Shown: positions 38,012 to 51,435 of the stretch, piece by piece
Numbering within the stretch: position 1 is the stretch's first letter
Layout: each line of letters starts with the position of its first letter
DNA from: Macrostomum lignano
Lineage: Eukaryota
DNA: 64,000 nucleotides
Direction: 5' to 3'
Assembly (NCBI GenBank): GCA_002269645.1
Contig: NIVC01001237.1
Coordinates: 310,001-374,000 of the forward strand
Made by a program: the position numbers and the translations under genes
Notes under the pieces: model-generated
The model's input: the letters and a program-made list of their open reading frames with translations, nothing else
Told to the model about the DNA's origin: nothing
Database searches by the model: none

Positions 38012-38362
38012 GCGGGGGTGTGTCACTCCACAGTGTGACCTGCTGTAGAATGTCACTCCACAGTGTGACCTGCTGCAGAATGTCACTCCACAGTGTGACC
38101 TGCTGCGGGGGTGTGTCACTCCACAGTGTGACCTGCTGTAGAATGTCACTCCACAGTGTGACCTGCTGCAGAATGTCACTCCACAGTGTGACCTGCTGCG
38201 GGGGTGTGTCACTCCACAGTGTGACCTGCTGCGGGGGTGTGTCACTCCACAGTGTGACCTGCTGCGGGGGTGTGTCACTCCATAGTGTGACCTGCTGCGG
38301 GGGTGTGTCACTCCACAGTGTGACCTGCTGCAGAATATGTCACTCCACAGTGTGACCTGCTG
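38012..38362. repeat. 30/33-bp minisatellite
   Basis: GTCACTCCACAGTGTGACCTGCTG followed by TAGAAT/CAGAAT or CGGGGGTGT. Confidence 0.95.
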
Positions 38363-38799
38363 CATAGTTTTGTCACTCCATAATTTGTCACTCCAGGTCA
38401 TTCCATAGTGATTCATAGTGCAGCAGTATGATAAATATATCAAATATATATTTATAGATGGAATTAGCTTCAATTAGTAGTGCTTAATTAACTAGGAATG
38501 CCTAATTAGGGTTGAGCAGCTATACTGCATACAGTGAGCATAGAGTGAGGAGTAAAGAGCCACTTATCAGTCCCTGGCAGCAGTTGCTGAAACGGCTGAA
38601 TCAGGCTTTGAGTTGGGCGCCATTTGCATACATAGTAGTTGTTAGCTAAGCTGTTCTCAGATGCAGCGATGCGGTGTGTACTATTATTGTATTACATGTT
38701 CAATATGGAGCACATTAGAAGCGGTTTTTAATGAGTCGGTGTGTGTCACTTTGCTGATCCCTAATTGTGCAAGTCAAAACAACTGGTGGGCAACACGAG

Positions 38800-39180
38800 G
38801 GAGAGAAGGGAAGAAAGAGGTGAGAGTGGAGCGGTTGAGAATGGAGAGGGAGAGGGGAGAGTTGGAAGGAGGGGAGAGGGAAGAATGGAGAGGTAGATCT
38901 AGGGTAGAGGTAGAGGGGAGAGGTAGAGGGGAGAGGTAGAGGGGAGAGGTAGAGGGGAGAGGTAGAGTCAGGAGATAGAATGGAGGGTAGAGTGGAGGGT
39001 AGAATGGAGAGAGGTAGAGTGGAGAGGTAGAGTTAGGGGGTAGAGTTGAGAAGTAGAGACGGAAAGGGGTGAGGAACAGGAGAGGGAGGGGAGACGGGAG
39101 GGATAGTGGAGTGGTAGATGGTAGAGTTAAGAAGTAGAGAAGAGAGTGAGAGAGAGAAAGGGGAGGAGCAGTGGGTGGAG
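38800..39180. repeat. GA-rich low-complexity tract
   Basis: GGTAGAGGGGAGA-type units. Confidence 0.9.
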
Positions 39181-39759
39181 AAGTTGGGATAAATATGAAT
39201 AGTACAGAACACGATCGTGCACACAGAAGGGCACTCAGACTAACAAAGTGATGCAGGATGCTGAGCGGAGAGGATTCCATTCTAGCTCAGTGTCCAGGCG
39301 ACTATAGACTCAAGCAGTTGTATAAATAGGGAATACCCGACAGGAAAATGAAACTGCAAACAAGAGAAAATTGCACGCAATCAGAGATTATGCCGTACCA
39401 TCAAATGATCCATAAGTACAAAAGTACATTAAAGCTATGCAGCCACATTGTGCTTGTCAGTTTGGCCGTCTGATATTCGTCAATGCCAAGTTAAAAATAT
39501 CAATAGTTTGGCTTCCGACTTCAGAAAAGGATTGAAATTCGCACCCATGCCCCCCCTGCCGTGCCAGGTTGTCCGTCTTCAGGGAGAGAAGAGGCGCCCA
39601 GCATTTCATGTCTTTGAGCAGATCATCTGGCTATTTTTAGCTAATAACTTTTACATTGTTGACTGCAGGCGCTCCGACAGCGGCATACATACATTGTTTG
39701 AGTTTTGAGGTTTTTTCATGATCGTAAAAAAGCAAGCCCTGTTGCGGCTTTGAACTCGG

Positions 39760-40348
39760 ATCGGCAGATAAATCAGTAGATAGATCAGTAGATAGATCAG
39801 TAGATAGATCAGTAGATAGATCGGCAGATAGATCGGATACTGATAGATCAACTGATAGATCAGTAGATAGATTAGTAGATATATCGGCAGATATATCGGC
39901 AGATAGATCGCTAGATAGATCGGTAGATAAATCAGTAGAAAGATAGGCAGATAGATCGGTAGATAGATTATAGTAGATAGATCGACAGATAGATAGATCG
40001 GCAGATAGATCGGCAGATAGATCGGCAGATAGATCAGCAGATAGATCGGCAGATAGATCGGCAGATAGATCGGCAGATAGATCAGCAGATAGATCGGCAG
40101 ATAGATCGGCAGATAGATCGGCAGATAGATCGGCAGATAGATCGGCAGATAGATCGGCAGATAGATCGGCAGATAGATCGGCAGATATATCGGCAGATAG
40201 ATCGGCAGATAGATCGGCAGATAGATCGGCAGATAGATCGGCAGATAGATCGGCAGATAGATCGGCAGATAGATCGGCAGATAGATCGGCAGATAGATCG
40301 GCAGATAGATCGGCAGATAGATCGGCAGATAGATCGGCAGATAGATCG
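39760..40348. repeat. 12-bp minisatellite (AGATAGATCGGC)
   Basis: Direct reading; a second array lies at 42724-42920. Confidence 0.97.
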
Positions 40349-40368
40349 GGCCGCCAGAGCAGTCAAGC

Positions 40369-40992
40369 ATGACCGGCAGTCTGTCGCTGGTGACGAGTCT
40401 CCGACCCAGCCGTCAGGAGGACGCCAATCAGCCTCGCTGTTTTGACATCTGGACTCACCTGACAGACAACTTTCTGCACCACAACCTGACCATGGACTAC
40501 CAGTTCCACCCGGATCAAGTCGGCCAAGTGTTGTCATTCACAGTCCCTGAGGTGAACCAGTCGCAGAGCTGTCGCATTCAGTACCTGCCATTCAAAACCG
40601 CAGCTTTCACCTGTCTGTTGCTAATTGTCCTACTCTCTCTGGCCGGTAATCTGATTGTGGCCATTAACCTGTACCTAAACCGGCGCCGATGGAGCAAAGT
40701 GAACTATTTTATCATGCACCTGGCATTGGCTGATTTGGCCGTACTAATTACTCCGCTAGTTGAGCTAATTACTATGCTCACGCACACATGGTACGGAGGC
40801 AGATGGCTGTGCAAATTCTATCGAGTCATATCGGCTTTCGGCTTGTATTTGTCGTCATTTATTGTAACTTCGATAGCGATAGACAGGTATTTGGCTGTGA
40901 GCAGGCCTTTGAGCATCACGACGGCTGGGCGGAGAGCGCGACTGCTTCTGGCCGTTTCGGTCGGAGCCTCACTGCTGTGCAGTCTGCCGCAG
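40369..40992 (+). CDS. Class A GPCR, GnRH/AKH/corazonin-receptor-like, exon 1 (N-term to TM4)
   Basis: AGNLIV (TM1), [13 protein letters not shown] (TM2), [28 protein letters not shown] (TM3), SLPQ|GTGAGT. The start could instead be ATG 40492. Seven exons join to 1674 nt (557 aa). Confidence 0.9.
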
Positions 40993-41062
40993 GTGAGTCT
41001 GCGAGATGTGGCTTGTCTGGGGACTTACCTGGAAGATTGGGATATTTGGATATTGATAGATG

Positions 41063-42228
41063 ACAGAGGGGAGGCACAGGGGGAGGTAGAGGGGGAGGCA
41101 GAGGGGGAGGCAGAGAGGCAGAGGGGGAGGCAGAGAGGCAGAGCGGGAGGCAGGGAGGCAGAGGAGGAGGCAGAGAGGCAGAGGGGGAGGCAGGGAGGCA
41201 GAGGGGGAGGCAGGGAGGCAGAAGGGGAGGCAGAGAGGCAGAGGGGAGGCAGAGAGGCAGAAGGGGAGGCAGAGAGGCAGAGGGGGAGGCAGAGAGGCAG
41301 AGGGGGAGGCAGGGAGGCAGAGGGGAAGGCAGGGAGGCAGAGGGGAAGGCAGAGAGACAGAGGGGAGGGCAGAGAGGCAGAGGGGGAGACAGAGGGGGGG
41401 CAGAGAGGCAGAGGGGAGGCAGAGAGGCAGAGGGGGAGACAGAGGGGGGGCAGAGAGGCAGAGGGGAGGCAGAGAGGCAGAGAGGCAGAGAGGCAGAAGG
41501 GGAGGCAGAGAGGCAGAGAGGCAGAGGGGAGGCAGAGAGGAAGGCAGAGAGGCAGAGGGGGAGACAGAGGGGGGGCAGAGAGGCAGAGAGGAAGGCAGAG
41601 GCAGAGGGGGGAGACAGAGGGGGGGCAGAGAGGCAGAGGGGAGGCAGGGAGGCAGAGGGGGAGGCAGGGAGGCAGAGGGGAAGGCAGGGAGGCAGAGGGG
41701 AAGGCAGAGAGACAGAGGGGAGGGCAGAGAGGCAGAGGGGGAGACAGAGGGGGGCAGAGAGGCAGAGGGGAGGCAGAGAGGCAGAGGGGGAGACAGAGGG
41801 AGGGCAGAGAGGCAGAGGGGAGGCAGAGAGGCAGAGAGGCAGAAGGGGAGGCAGAGAGGCAGAGAGGCAGAGGGGAGGCAGAGAGGAAGGCAGAGAGGCA
41901 GAGGGGGAGACAGAGGGGGGGCAGAGAGGCAGAGAGGAAGGCAGAGGCAGAGGGGGGAGACAGAGGGGGGGCAGAGAGGCAGAGGGGAGGCAGGGAGGCA
42001 GAGGGGAAGGCAGGGAGGCAGAGGGGGAGGCAGGAAGGCAGAGGGGAAGGCAGGGAGGCAGAGGGGAAGGCAGGGAGGCAGAGGGGGGCAGGGAGGCAGA
42101 GGGGGAGGCAGAGAGGCAGAGGGGGAGGCAGAGAGGCAGAGGGGGAGGCAGAGAGGCAGAGGGGGAGGCAGAGAGGCAGAGGGGGAGGCAGAGAGGCAGA
42201 GGGGGAGGCAGAGAGGCAGAGAGAGGCA
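41063..42228. repeat. GGCAGAG-based purine-rich tandem repeat (GPCR intron 1)
   Basis: GGCAGAGAGGCAGAGGGGGA units. Confidence 0.95.
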
Positions 42229-42723
42229 GTCAGCAATTTCTGCAGGGTTGGCATCGCTGTCGGGATTAAGTGGTGGGTTATTCCACAAGCACAAGGTCTC
42301 AGTCTGAGAGCCGCATTCGAATGGGGTTGCTAGGCGGCCGGGAATTCCCTAGTTAGCTGGTCTATTAGACATCCGTTGCAGCTGCCGTCGGTTTTCACAG
42401 TCCGTTGGCTTCTATCAGCTGTGCAGACGGCAGCAGCCTCTACAGCGTGGGAATTCGATAGAATTCGAAAATCCCATCCCAGAAAGTATATAATTCCCCC
42501 CAACTTCCTTCCTGCTCTCTCACTGCTTCAGACTGCAGGTCGAGTATCTGCCTATACATATATGCATCCACTGGGCTGATTTTTCGTCTTCTCTTCAGAA
42601 ATGCCTGCTCACCTCTGCTCAAGTCCATGCTTGATTTTTATTTTTTACAGCTGTGCAAATTGTTGGGTGATACTCTGATTTGGATAGCGAGCCGAGTTAC
42701 GCAATTTTGAGGGTGGATTTATT

Positions 42724-42920
42724 GGTAGATAGATCGGCAGATAGATCAGTAGATAGATCGGCAGATAGATCGGCAGATAGATCAGCAGATAGATCAGTAG
42801 ACAGATCAGTAGATAGATTGGCAGATAGATCGGCAGATAGATCAATAGATAGATCGGTAGATAAATCTGTAAATTGATCGGCAGGTAGATCGGCAGATAG
42901 ATCGGCAGGTAGATCGGCAG
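42724..42920. repeat. 12-bp minisatellite (AGATAGATCGGC), second copy
   Basis: Same monomer as 39760-40348. Confidence 0.93.
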
Positions 42921-44465
42921 CCAGAGCAAGTCAAGTCGAATGACCGAATGAGTCCGCACCCTTTCAGTGAGGGGTGAAATGCTTGGTTTTCACGCACCTA
43001 GTCATTTCTGCCTTGAAAAGAAGTTTAATAATATACATTTAAAGTAGCACTTTGCATGAAAAAAGTAATGCAGATTGCTAACTTTGAGTTTTCAGTCAGC
43101 TGAAAGTTTGTGAGCAGTGTGAGCGTGAGGAGTGTTTTACTGGTTTTTTACTGTATTTGCTGTGCACTAATCTGCTTTAATAATCTCAGATACAGATTCA
43201 GCCAGGTACTCGTAGGTCTATAGCTGCGTGTTTAAAACAAACAAGGTCTCGGCCTTCTTCAACGGAAAGCAATTATCAAACGTATCAAATTATTGAAAAT
43301 GATATAAAATGGAAAGGATATTACGCTCGTATTTCTTCGCTAAAGCCGCGGGTTCCTCGTTTCCGTTTTGCGTTTATTTCAAGGGTTATTTAATTTATAA
43401 TTACATCTCACGTTTGTTTGGCTTGACTGGTTAAAAAAATTGTGCGTGCGTGCAATTCGAGAACTAAATTAAAACAAAACTTTGTTTGACTGCGCCGCAA
43501 TATTATAGCAGCCTAGCACAGTTTGGAAACAAAGATATACTACTCGTACATGCATATTATGATGAAAAAAATATATTTTTTCAAAATATTGTTATGAACC
43601 CTCTAATTTTGCGTCTTTAAATAGCCACCAAAAGAAGCACCAACTTCAGAAACAGCTGTACTATACTCTAAAACCATTGATAAATAAACAATAAAAAAAC
43701 AATAAGCCAACACACTATTAATTAGACTTACTTAGTATATATTTGATTTCTAATTTAGACTATTTTGAGAACAATATATTAACAATAATTACTTAAATTT
43801 TAAACTACAATCTTGCCAATTTGCATACAAATTCCTTCTATAGTTGAGCTATCTGAGTTTAAGCGCTGGGAAAAAATAGTTTTGTTAGAAAATGTCTTTC
43901 CATTATATTTTTTTTAAAATCTTCTGTTTGAACCAATTTGACAAACAGTTTTTCTTAGAAAGCACATAGCACGCACAAGTTAAATTCGATATCCTGGAAA
44001 CAATATTTTTCAAAAGCTTTGAAAATGCGATAAAATTTGTGTTTTTTTTCTAGTTTTTACAGCTAGTTTAAATTTCGAGGCTTTTGTCTGGATAGATGAT
44101 CGAGAATTTACCTCGGATCGATGTTGACGATTTCCCTGAATGGTTTTTAGCTACTAAATACATGTAAATCGATAGGACAAAGATTCTGATTATAAATTCA
44201 TCTATTAGCTTATTATCTCTTCAATAGCCTGCTACCTCCTGCAGGCGGTCGTGACACCGTAAAAGTGTCATTAAGTGTATTATATCACGGGTTTTCTTGT
44301 AAATAATGACCATATTACCTCACCTAATTGCAGCAATTATTAGATAAGGCAAAATAATTTACTGTAGTGACTTATTAAAAACCCTAAAATTAGCGAGCAA
44401 TCTCAATTAAAAAGGTCACGGTGCTCTTGTAAAAACTGGCGGCACGGTCGGTTGCCCCCTTATGA

Positions 44466-44700
44466 GCGAGATCATGAGTGAGATCATGATCGAGTGAGAT
44501 CATGAGTGAGATCATAAGTGAGATCATGAGTGAGATCATGAGTGAGATCATGAGTGAGATCATGAGTAAGATCATGAGTGAGATCATGAGTAAGATCATG
44601 AGTGAGATCATGAGTAAGATCATGAGTGAGATCATGAGTGAGATCATGAGTGAGATCATGAGTGAGTTCATTAGTGAGTTCATGAGATATATCAAGTGAG
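44466..44700. repeat. 12-bp minisatellite (GAGATCATGAGT)
   Basis: Direct reading. Confidence 0.95.
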
Positions 44701-45286
44701 TTCATATAGGTGAGTTCCTGAGTTGAAACTGAGTTATCCGGGTCACGGAGTACACCACAAGCAAATCATCCGTGCTAATAGTGGGCAGCTGATTAGGAAA
44801 GTGATAACCAGCTCAACGCTGCGCAGGCTACTCCAGCTCTGCTACTATCACTAACTAAAAGCATTAAAAACTGAAAACTAAGTTTATTGCACTCAGCACT
44901 TGCTCTTCAACGGGATTAAGTTAAGATGTACTGATCAATAATGGCCTTAATAAACTATTAATACTAAAGAGTTCTTGCTCCACTCAAGCAAAAAATTTCC
45001 AAGGCGTAATATCAGCAGAGCAGAGCGTTCTCCGGCTGATATAATCAGTATAGGAATATTGATACTCGGGATGGAATACTGTCTACACTAGACTATCTGA
45101 TAGGGGCTCAAGCCTGAACTAGAATTTGATCTGATTCGTGTTAATTACTCGTTCCATCACTAACCGTTATTAGCTGCTAAAAGGCAAAAGCTGAAAGCCT
45201 CACGCCCTAGTAATACTAGCTCTAAAAGTACAAATATAAGCAGAAAAGGTTAATAATATAGTAGGAGAGACCGGGATAGAAACTAA

Positions 45287-45659
45287 ATGTACATTCTAGG
45301 AGGCAGACTAGCCGATCATAAACTGTACACATTCACAAACCAAAAGCGGGTGCGAGGGATAGAAAGTCAATGTACATTCTAGGAAGCAGACTTGCCGACC
45401 ATGGACTGTACACATTCACAAACCAAAAGCGGGTGCGAGGGATAGAAAGTCAATGTACATTCTAGGAGGCAGACTTGCCGACCATAGACTGTACACATTC
45501 ACAAACCAAAAGCGGGTGCGAGGGATAGAAAGTCAATGTACATTCTAGGAGGCAGACTAGCCGACCATGGACTGTACACATTCACCAACCAAAAGCGGGT
45601 GCGAGGGATAGAAAGTCAATGTACATTCTAGGAGGCAGACTTGCCGACCATAGACTGTA
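45287..45659. repeat. 83-bp tandem repeat, ~4.5 copies
   Basis: TGTACATTCT at 45371, 45454 and 45537. Confidence 0.95.
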
Positions 45660-46311
45660 CTCCTTCTCAGCATATGCAGTCTTTCAATGTCTTAAAAAGC
45701 TTTTGAAATCTATTCTTGTCGATATGCTTATACCTTTCTAGATCTCTTTTTCATCAACCTACAAATGCATATAGTAGGGACGTAGATAACAGTACATGCA
45801 CATATTTCGCGCTTATATCTGGAGACACTGAGAAGCCTATACATGTATTCAACTCCCCATTATCTGGCCGCATAAATTTTCGTCTCTGCCTCCGAGACAG
45901 CATTCTCAAACTTCATTCCCTGCCTCAGCTACAGTTGTCACCCTATAAGCTAAGTCAACATCCTCTGTCCAAGTAGAATTAATCCGCAATTTTATCAAGC
46001 CGGGCTACAGTGTTGGCATGTTTTGACTCTGAATTTTGAACACAACTCGGCATTGGCATTGGCATAAATTACGAACAGCCAAAGATAATTACTTTTACGT
46101 TTTTCTCGTTCTCGCTGTCGAATGTCGGGTTGTACTTTTCCATTGGCTATTCGGCAAGTTCCGTCTCAATCGTTTCTTCTCATATACAATTCAAACAGCA
46201 GACAGGACCAGTTTGCTGCCTGTCCTTTTCAGAAGCTTAAAAATTTCTTTAAGCATTCTTCAGCCTTATTGAATTCAAGGCGACAGTTATTTTATTAAAA
46301 ATATTCTTAGG

Positions 46312-47148
46312 AGGGCTGTGGGGCACCTTGGAGGGCTGTGGGGCACCTTGGAGGGCTGTGGGGCACCTTGGAGGGCTGTGGGGCACCTTGGAGGGCTGTG
46401 GGGCACCTTGGAGGGCTGTGGGGCACCGTCCCACACCAGCACTGACGCAATTCTGCCCATTCTGCCAAGTCCACCCAGTCCCTGTCCTCTCCTCTCTGCC
46501 GCTGTCCTCCCCTCTCTGCCCCTGTCCTCTCCTCTCTGCCCCTGTCCTCTCCTCTCTGCCCCTGTCCTCTCCTCTCTGCCCCTGTCCTCTCCTCTCTGCC
46601 GCTGTCCTCCCCTCTCTGCCCCTGTCCTCTCCTCTCTGCCCCTGTCCTCTCCTCTCTGCCCCTGTCCTCTCCTCTCTGCCCCTGTCCTCTCCTCTCTGCC
46701 CCTGTCCTCTCCTCTCTGCCGCTGTCCTCCCCTCTCTGCCCCTGTCCTCTCCTCTCTGCCCCTGTCCTCTCCTCTCTGCCCCTGTCCTCTCCTCTCTGCC
46801 CCTGTCATCTCCTCTCTGACCCTGTCCTCTCCTCTCTGCCCCTGTCCTCTTCTCTCTGCCCCTGTCCTCTCCTCTCTGCCCCTGTCTTCTTCTCTCTGCC
46901 CCTGTCCTCTCCTCTCTGCCCCTGTCATCTCCTCTCTGACCCTGTCCTCTCCTCTCTGCCCCTGTCCTCTTCTCTCTGCCCCTGTCCTCTCCTCTCTGCC
47001 CCTGTCTTCTTCTCTCTGCCCCTGTCCTCTCCTCTCTGCCCCTGTCTTCTTCTCTCTGCCCCTGTCCTCTCCTCTCTGCCCATGTCTTCTTTTCTCTGCC
47101 CCTGTCCTCTCCTCTCTGCCCATGTCTTCTTTTCTCTGCCCCTGTCCT
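46312..47148. repeat. Two adjacent 20-bp minisatellites (GGGCACCTTGGAGGGCTGTG; CCTCTCCTCTCTGCCCCTGT)
   Basis: 46312-46428 and 46478-47148. Confidence 0.95.
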
Positions 47149-47202
47149 ATATCCTGTCATTGGGAAGTAAACAGCGCATTTAAATGTCTCTGCTTATCAC
47201 AG

Positions 47203-47422
47203 GCTGTGGTTTTTGACCTGTTGGAGAGCAACTTCTTCAAGGAATACAATGCAGTCTGCGTACAGGTGTTTGCTCACGGTGCCCATTCTACTGGTCGGGT
47301 TAAACGTGCCAGCTATGCCCTGTTCGCCTTTGGCATGATGTACGCCTTCCCACTGGTGTGCATCGCTTATTGCTACGGTAGGATCGTGTGCGTGCTCACC
47401 TCCAGGACAAGGGAGCATCGAG
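47203..47422 (+). CDS. GPCR exon 2 (ECL2, TM5)
   Basis: ATCACAG|AVVFDL..CVQ..FGMMYAFPLVCIAYCYGRIV; donor G|GTGAG. Confidence 0.9.
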
Positions 47423-47485
47423 GTGAGGCATTTTTGATAAGCTGTCTTTTGATACTGATTTTTATCACCTGTGTGATGGTGAGGG

Positions 47486-47890
47486 ATTGAAGTTTTATTA
47501 CCCGTCTGAAGGTGGGGATTGAAGGTTTATTACCTGTCTGAAGGTGGGGATTGAAGTTTATTACCTGTCTGAAGGTGGGGATTGAAGTTTTATTACCTGT
47601 CTGAAGGTGGGGGTTAAAGTTTTATTACCTGTCTGAAGGTGGGGATTGAAGTTTTATTACCTGTCTGAAGGTGGGGATTGAAGTTTTATCACCTGTCTGA
47701 AGGTGGGGATTAAAGTTTTATTACCTGTCTGAAGGTGGGGATTGAAGTTTTATTACCTGTCTGAAGGTGGGGATTAAAGTTTTATTACCTGTCTGAAGGT
47801 GGGGATTAAAGTTTTATTACCTGTCTGAAGGTGGGGATTGAAGTTTTATTACCTGTCTGAAGGTGGGGATTGAAGTTTATTACCTGTGTG
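47486..47890. repeat. 32-bp minisatellite (GPCR intron 2)
   Basis: GAAGTTTTATTACCTGTCTGAAGGTGGGGATT. Confidence 0.96.
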
Positions 47891-47960
47891 ATAATGGGAC
47901 TTAGTCTTAGCCTCCTAAATAATCTGCAACCACTTCTTCCACTCTCATTCAACCCAACAG

Positions 47961-48140
47961 AGAACTGCATCTGCCCTCAGCACTCAGCATCGCTGACAGA
48001 CTCCGCAGACTACAGCAGACACCAGCAATCCGCGGCTGCCAGCTTGTGCGCTTCCTCCAAGCTGCCCATGCTGAGGCGCAGCGACACCAGAAATATTGAA
48101 AGGGCTCGGCTGCTGGCCCTGCGCTTGACGGCCGCAATTG
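47961..48140 (+). CDS. GPCR exon 3 (ICL3, start of TM6)
   Basis: CAACAG|..NIERARLLALRLTAAI; donor G|GTGAG. Confidence 0.88.
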
Positions 48141-48145
48141 GTGAG

Positions 48146-48812
48146 CTGCTCCTGCCTGCTCCTGTCTGCTCCTGTCTGCTCCTGTCTGCGCCTGTCTGCT
48201 CCTGTCTGCTCCTGTCTGCTCCTGTCTGCTCCTGTCTGCTCTTGTCTGCTCCTGTCTGCTCCTGTCTGCTCCTGTCTGCTCCTGTCTGCTCCTGTCTGCT
48301 CCTGTCTGCTCCCGTCTGCCTGTCCTCTCTGTCCTGTCCTCTCCTCTCTGTCCTGTCTGTCTACATTGAGTACACTCGCTGCATTCCTTAAACCCCCATT
48401 TGCTTTTAATCGTGTCGTGCAATGTACTCACGTAGTTGAGTCTAATAGTCTATGAATTTTTCATAGGTTCGGTTTTACTATACCAAATATATAATATCGG
48501 CTCGTGAGCTATACAGCTCAAGTTTTGGATCTCTCGCGCTAAGCAAACTAAAGAGCTGTTTTACTGTCCTCTCTGTCCTGTCCTCTCTGTCCTGTCCTCT
48601 CTGTCCTGTCCTCTCTGTCCTGTCCTCTCTGTCCTGTCCTCTCTGTCCTGTCCTCTCTGTCCTGTCCTCTCTGTCCTGTCCTCTCTGTCCTGTCCTCTCT
48701 GTCCTGTCCTCTCTGTCCTGTCCTCTCTGTCCTGTCCTCTCTGTCCTGTCCTCTCTGTCCTGTCCTCTCTGTCCTGTCCTCTCTGTCCTGTCCTCTCTGT
48801 CCTGTCCTCTCC
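48146..48812. repeat. 10-bp (CTCCTGTCTG) and 15-bp (TGTCCTGTCCTCTCT) arrays (GPCR intron 3)
   Basis: 48146-48312 and 48563-48812. Confidence 0.95.
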
Positions 48813-49068
48813 TCTCGATCTGCCCTCAATGCGAAACAAATCCAGCAGTTTAATCCCAACGTGCCATTCTGCAGCAAGCTTAGAAAACCCTGGCAAAAAC
48901 TGCACCCATTGTGCCCAATAGTCACTGTAAAAAATAGTCACTGCAATCAGCAATTGTTCCCCTAATTGTATTTCATCAGTTGCCCGTGAGACTTATCCAG
49001 TAACTATTGAATAACAGGAGTGAGTCAGAGCCGACTCAATCCAAATAAAATTTCTCTATTCGTTTCAG

Positions 49069-49147
49069 TGCTCTGCTTTCTGCTCTGCTGGGCGCCGCAC
49101 TGGGCTCTCACTCTGTGGGACTCGTTCGCCTCGAATGAGGAGCTGCT
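49069..49147 (+). CDS. GPCR exon 4 (TM6)
   Basis: TTTCAG|VLCFLLCWAPHWALTLW (CWxP); donor CT|GTGAG. Confidence 0.88.
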
Positions 49148-49242
49148 GTGAGCTGCCGTGGCTTGGGTGGCTGAGGGACTGCCTGAGCTGGGGATAGACC
49201 GGGGACTGCAGTCTGAGCTGTCATAAGATTGAATGCGATGGG

Positions 49243-51017
49243 CTGAGATGAGGTGTGATGAGGTGGGATGAGATGGGCTGAGATGGGATGAGATATGATG
49301 AGATGGGATGAGATTGAATGAGATGGGATGAGATATGATGAGATGGGATGAGATTGAATGAGATGGCATGAGATATGATGAGATGGGATGAGTTCGGATG
49401 AGATGGGATAAGATTGAATGAGATGGGATGAGATTGAATGAGATGGGCTGAGATTGAATGAGATGGGATGAGATTGAATGAGATGGGATGAGATTGAATG
49501 AGATGGGATGAGATATGATAAGATGGGATGAGATGGGCTAAGATCGGATGAGATGGGATGAGATTGAATGAGATGGGATGAGATGGGATGAGATGGGATG
49601 AGATATGATAAGATGGGATGAGATGGGCTGAGATCGGATGAGATGGGATAAGATTGAATGAGATGGGATCAGATTGAATGAGATGGGCTGAGATTGAATG
49701 AGATGGGATGAGATGGGATGAGATGGGATGAGATTGAATGAGATGGGATGAGATGAGCTGAGATCGGATGAGATGGGATGAGATTGAATGAGATGGGATC
49801 AGATTGAATGAGATGGGATGAGATGGGATGAGATGGGATGAGATGGGATGAGATTGAATGAGATGGGATCAGATTGAATGAGATGGGATGAGATGGGATG
49901 AGATGGGATGAGATATGATAAGATGGGATGAGATGGGCTAAGATCGGATGAGATGGGATGAGATGGGATGAGATGGGATGAGATATGATAAGATGGGATG
50001 AGATGGGCTGAGATCGGATGAGATGGGATGAGATTGAATGAGATGGGATCAGATTGAATGAGATGGGATGAGATTGAATGAGATGGGATGAGATGGGCTG
50101 AGATCGGATGAGATGGGATGAGATTGAATGAGATGGGATCAGATTGAATGAGATGGGATGAGATGGGATGAGATGGGATGAGATGGGATGAGATGGGATG
50201 AGATTGAATGAGATGGGATCAGATTGAATGAGATGGGATCAGATTGAATGAGATGGGATGAGATGGGATGAGATGGGATGAGATATGATAAGATGGGATG
50301 AGATGGGCTGAGATCGGATGAGATGGGATAAGATTGAATGAGATGGGATCAGATTGAATGAGATGGGATGAGATTGAATGAGATGGGATGAGATGGGATG
50401 AGATGGGATGAGATATGATAAGATGGGAAGAGATGGGATGAGATGGGATGAGATATGATAAGATGGGATGAGATGGGCTGAGATCGGATGAGATGGGATA
50501 AGATTGAATGAGATGGGATGAGATGGGATGAGATTGAATGAGATGGGATGAGATGGGATGAGATGGGATGAGATGGGATGAGATGGGATGAGATATGATA
50601 AGATGGGATGAGATGGGCTGAGATGGGATGAGATATGATAAGATGGGATGAGATGGGCTAAGATCGGATGAGATATGAGATTGAATGAGATTGAATGAGA
50701 TGGGATGAGATGGGATGAGATGGGATGAGATATGATAATGATGATGATGAGATGGGCTGAGATGGGATGAGATGGGATGAGATGGGATGAGATGGGATGA
50801 GATTGAATGAGATGGGATGAGATGGGATGAGATGGGATGAGATGGGATGAGATATGATAAAATGAGATGATGATGATGGGATTGATTCGGATGAGATTAA
50901 GATTGAATGAGATGGGATCAGATTGAATGAGATGGGCTGAGATTGAATGAGATGGGATGAGATGGGATGAGATGGGATGAGATGGGATGAGATGGGATGA
51001 GATGGGATGAGATTGAA
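49243..51017. repeat. 10-bp GAGATGGGAT/GAGATTGAAT array (GPCR intron 4)
   Basis: Direct reading. Confidence 0.97.
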
Positions 51018-51057
51018 TTAAAGGTATTTAATTAGAGATCAATTAACCAAATTTCAG

Positions 51058-51137
51058 AACGGACGGAGTCGCCGATCTGGTCTATGTGGGACTGGCCTGC
51101 GCATTTTTCAATTCCTGCGCCAATCCCATTATTTACG
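51058..51137 (+). CDS. GPCR exon 5 (TM7)
   Basis: TTTCAG|..AFFNSCANPIIY (NPxxY); donor G|GTGAG. Confidence 0.9.
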
Positions 51138-51239
51138 GTGAGCTTGAGACGGCTGGCGCACAGGCACAGGAGTGCCTGCATGAGTACAGTGTATCCTGCA
51201 GCTGTATGTGCAGGCATAATGTACCTTGAAATGTACCTT

Positions 51240-51410
51240 CACACAGTCACTCAGCAACACACAGCCACTCCTCATCACACAGTCACCCAGCAACACACAG
51301 CCACTCCTCATCACACAGTCACCCAGCAACACACAGCCACTCCTCATCACACAGTCACTCAGCAGCACACAGTCACTCAAAACAGTCACTCATCACACAG
51401 TCACTCAGCA
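51240..51410. repeat. 36-bp minisatellite (GPCR intron 5)
   Basis: ACACAGTCAC at 51241 and 51277. Confidence 0.9.
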
Positions 51411-51435
51411 GAACATTTGCAACGCATACCCGCAG

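Noticed and set aside
38012-38362. RAG/Transib-type heptamer CACAGTG in every monomer
   Set aside because: No nonamer at 12/23 spacing and no transposase; one chance 7-mer amplified by the array.
40369-42333. 654-aa single ORF as one protein
   Set aside because: After codon 208 there is a canonical CAG|GTGAGT donor; the rest is translated GA-rich repeat, and TM5-7 lie in downstream exons.
42240-42628. Nested minus-strand gene in GPCR intron 1 ([15 protein letters not shown], vaguely MAM-like; 62-aa ORF)
   Set aside because: Frames are interrupted by stops, no consistent splice model, and similarity is too weak to support without a profile search.
46478-51017. Intronic arrays serving as extended polypyrimidine tracts
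   Set aside because: True for some acceptors (47203, 30230), but purine-rich arrays precede others (51058, 62203), so there is no consistent rule.
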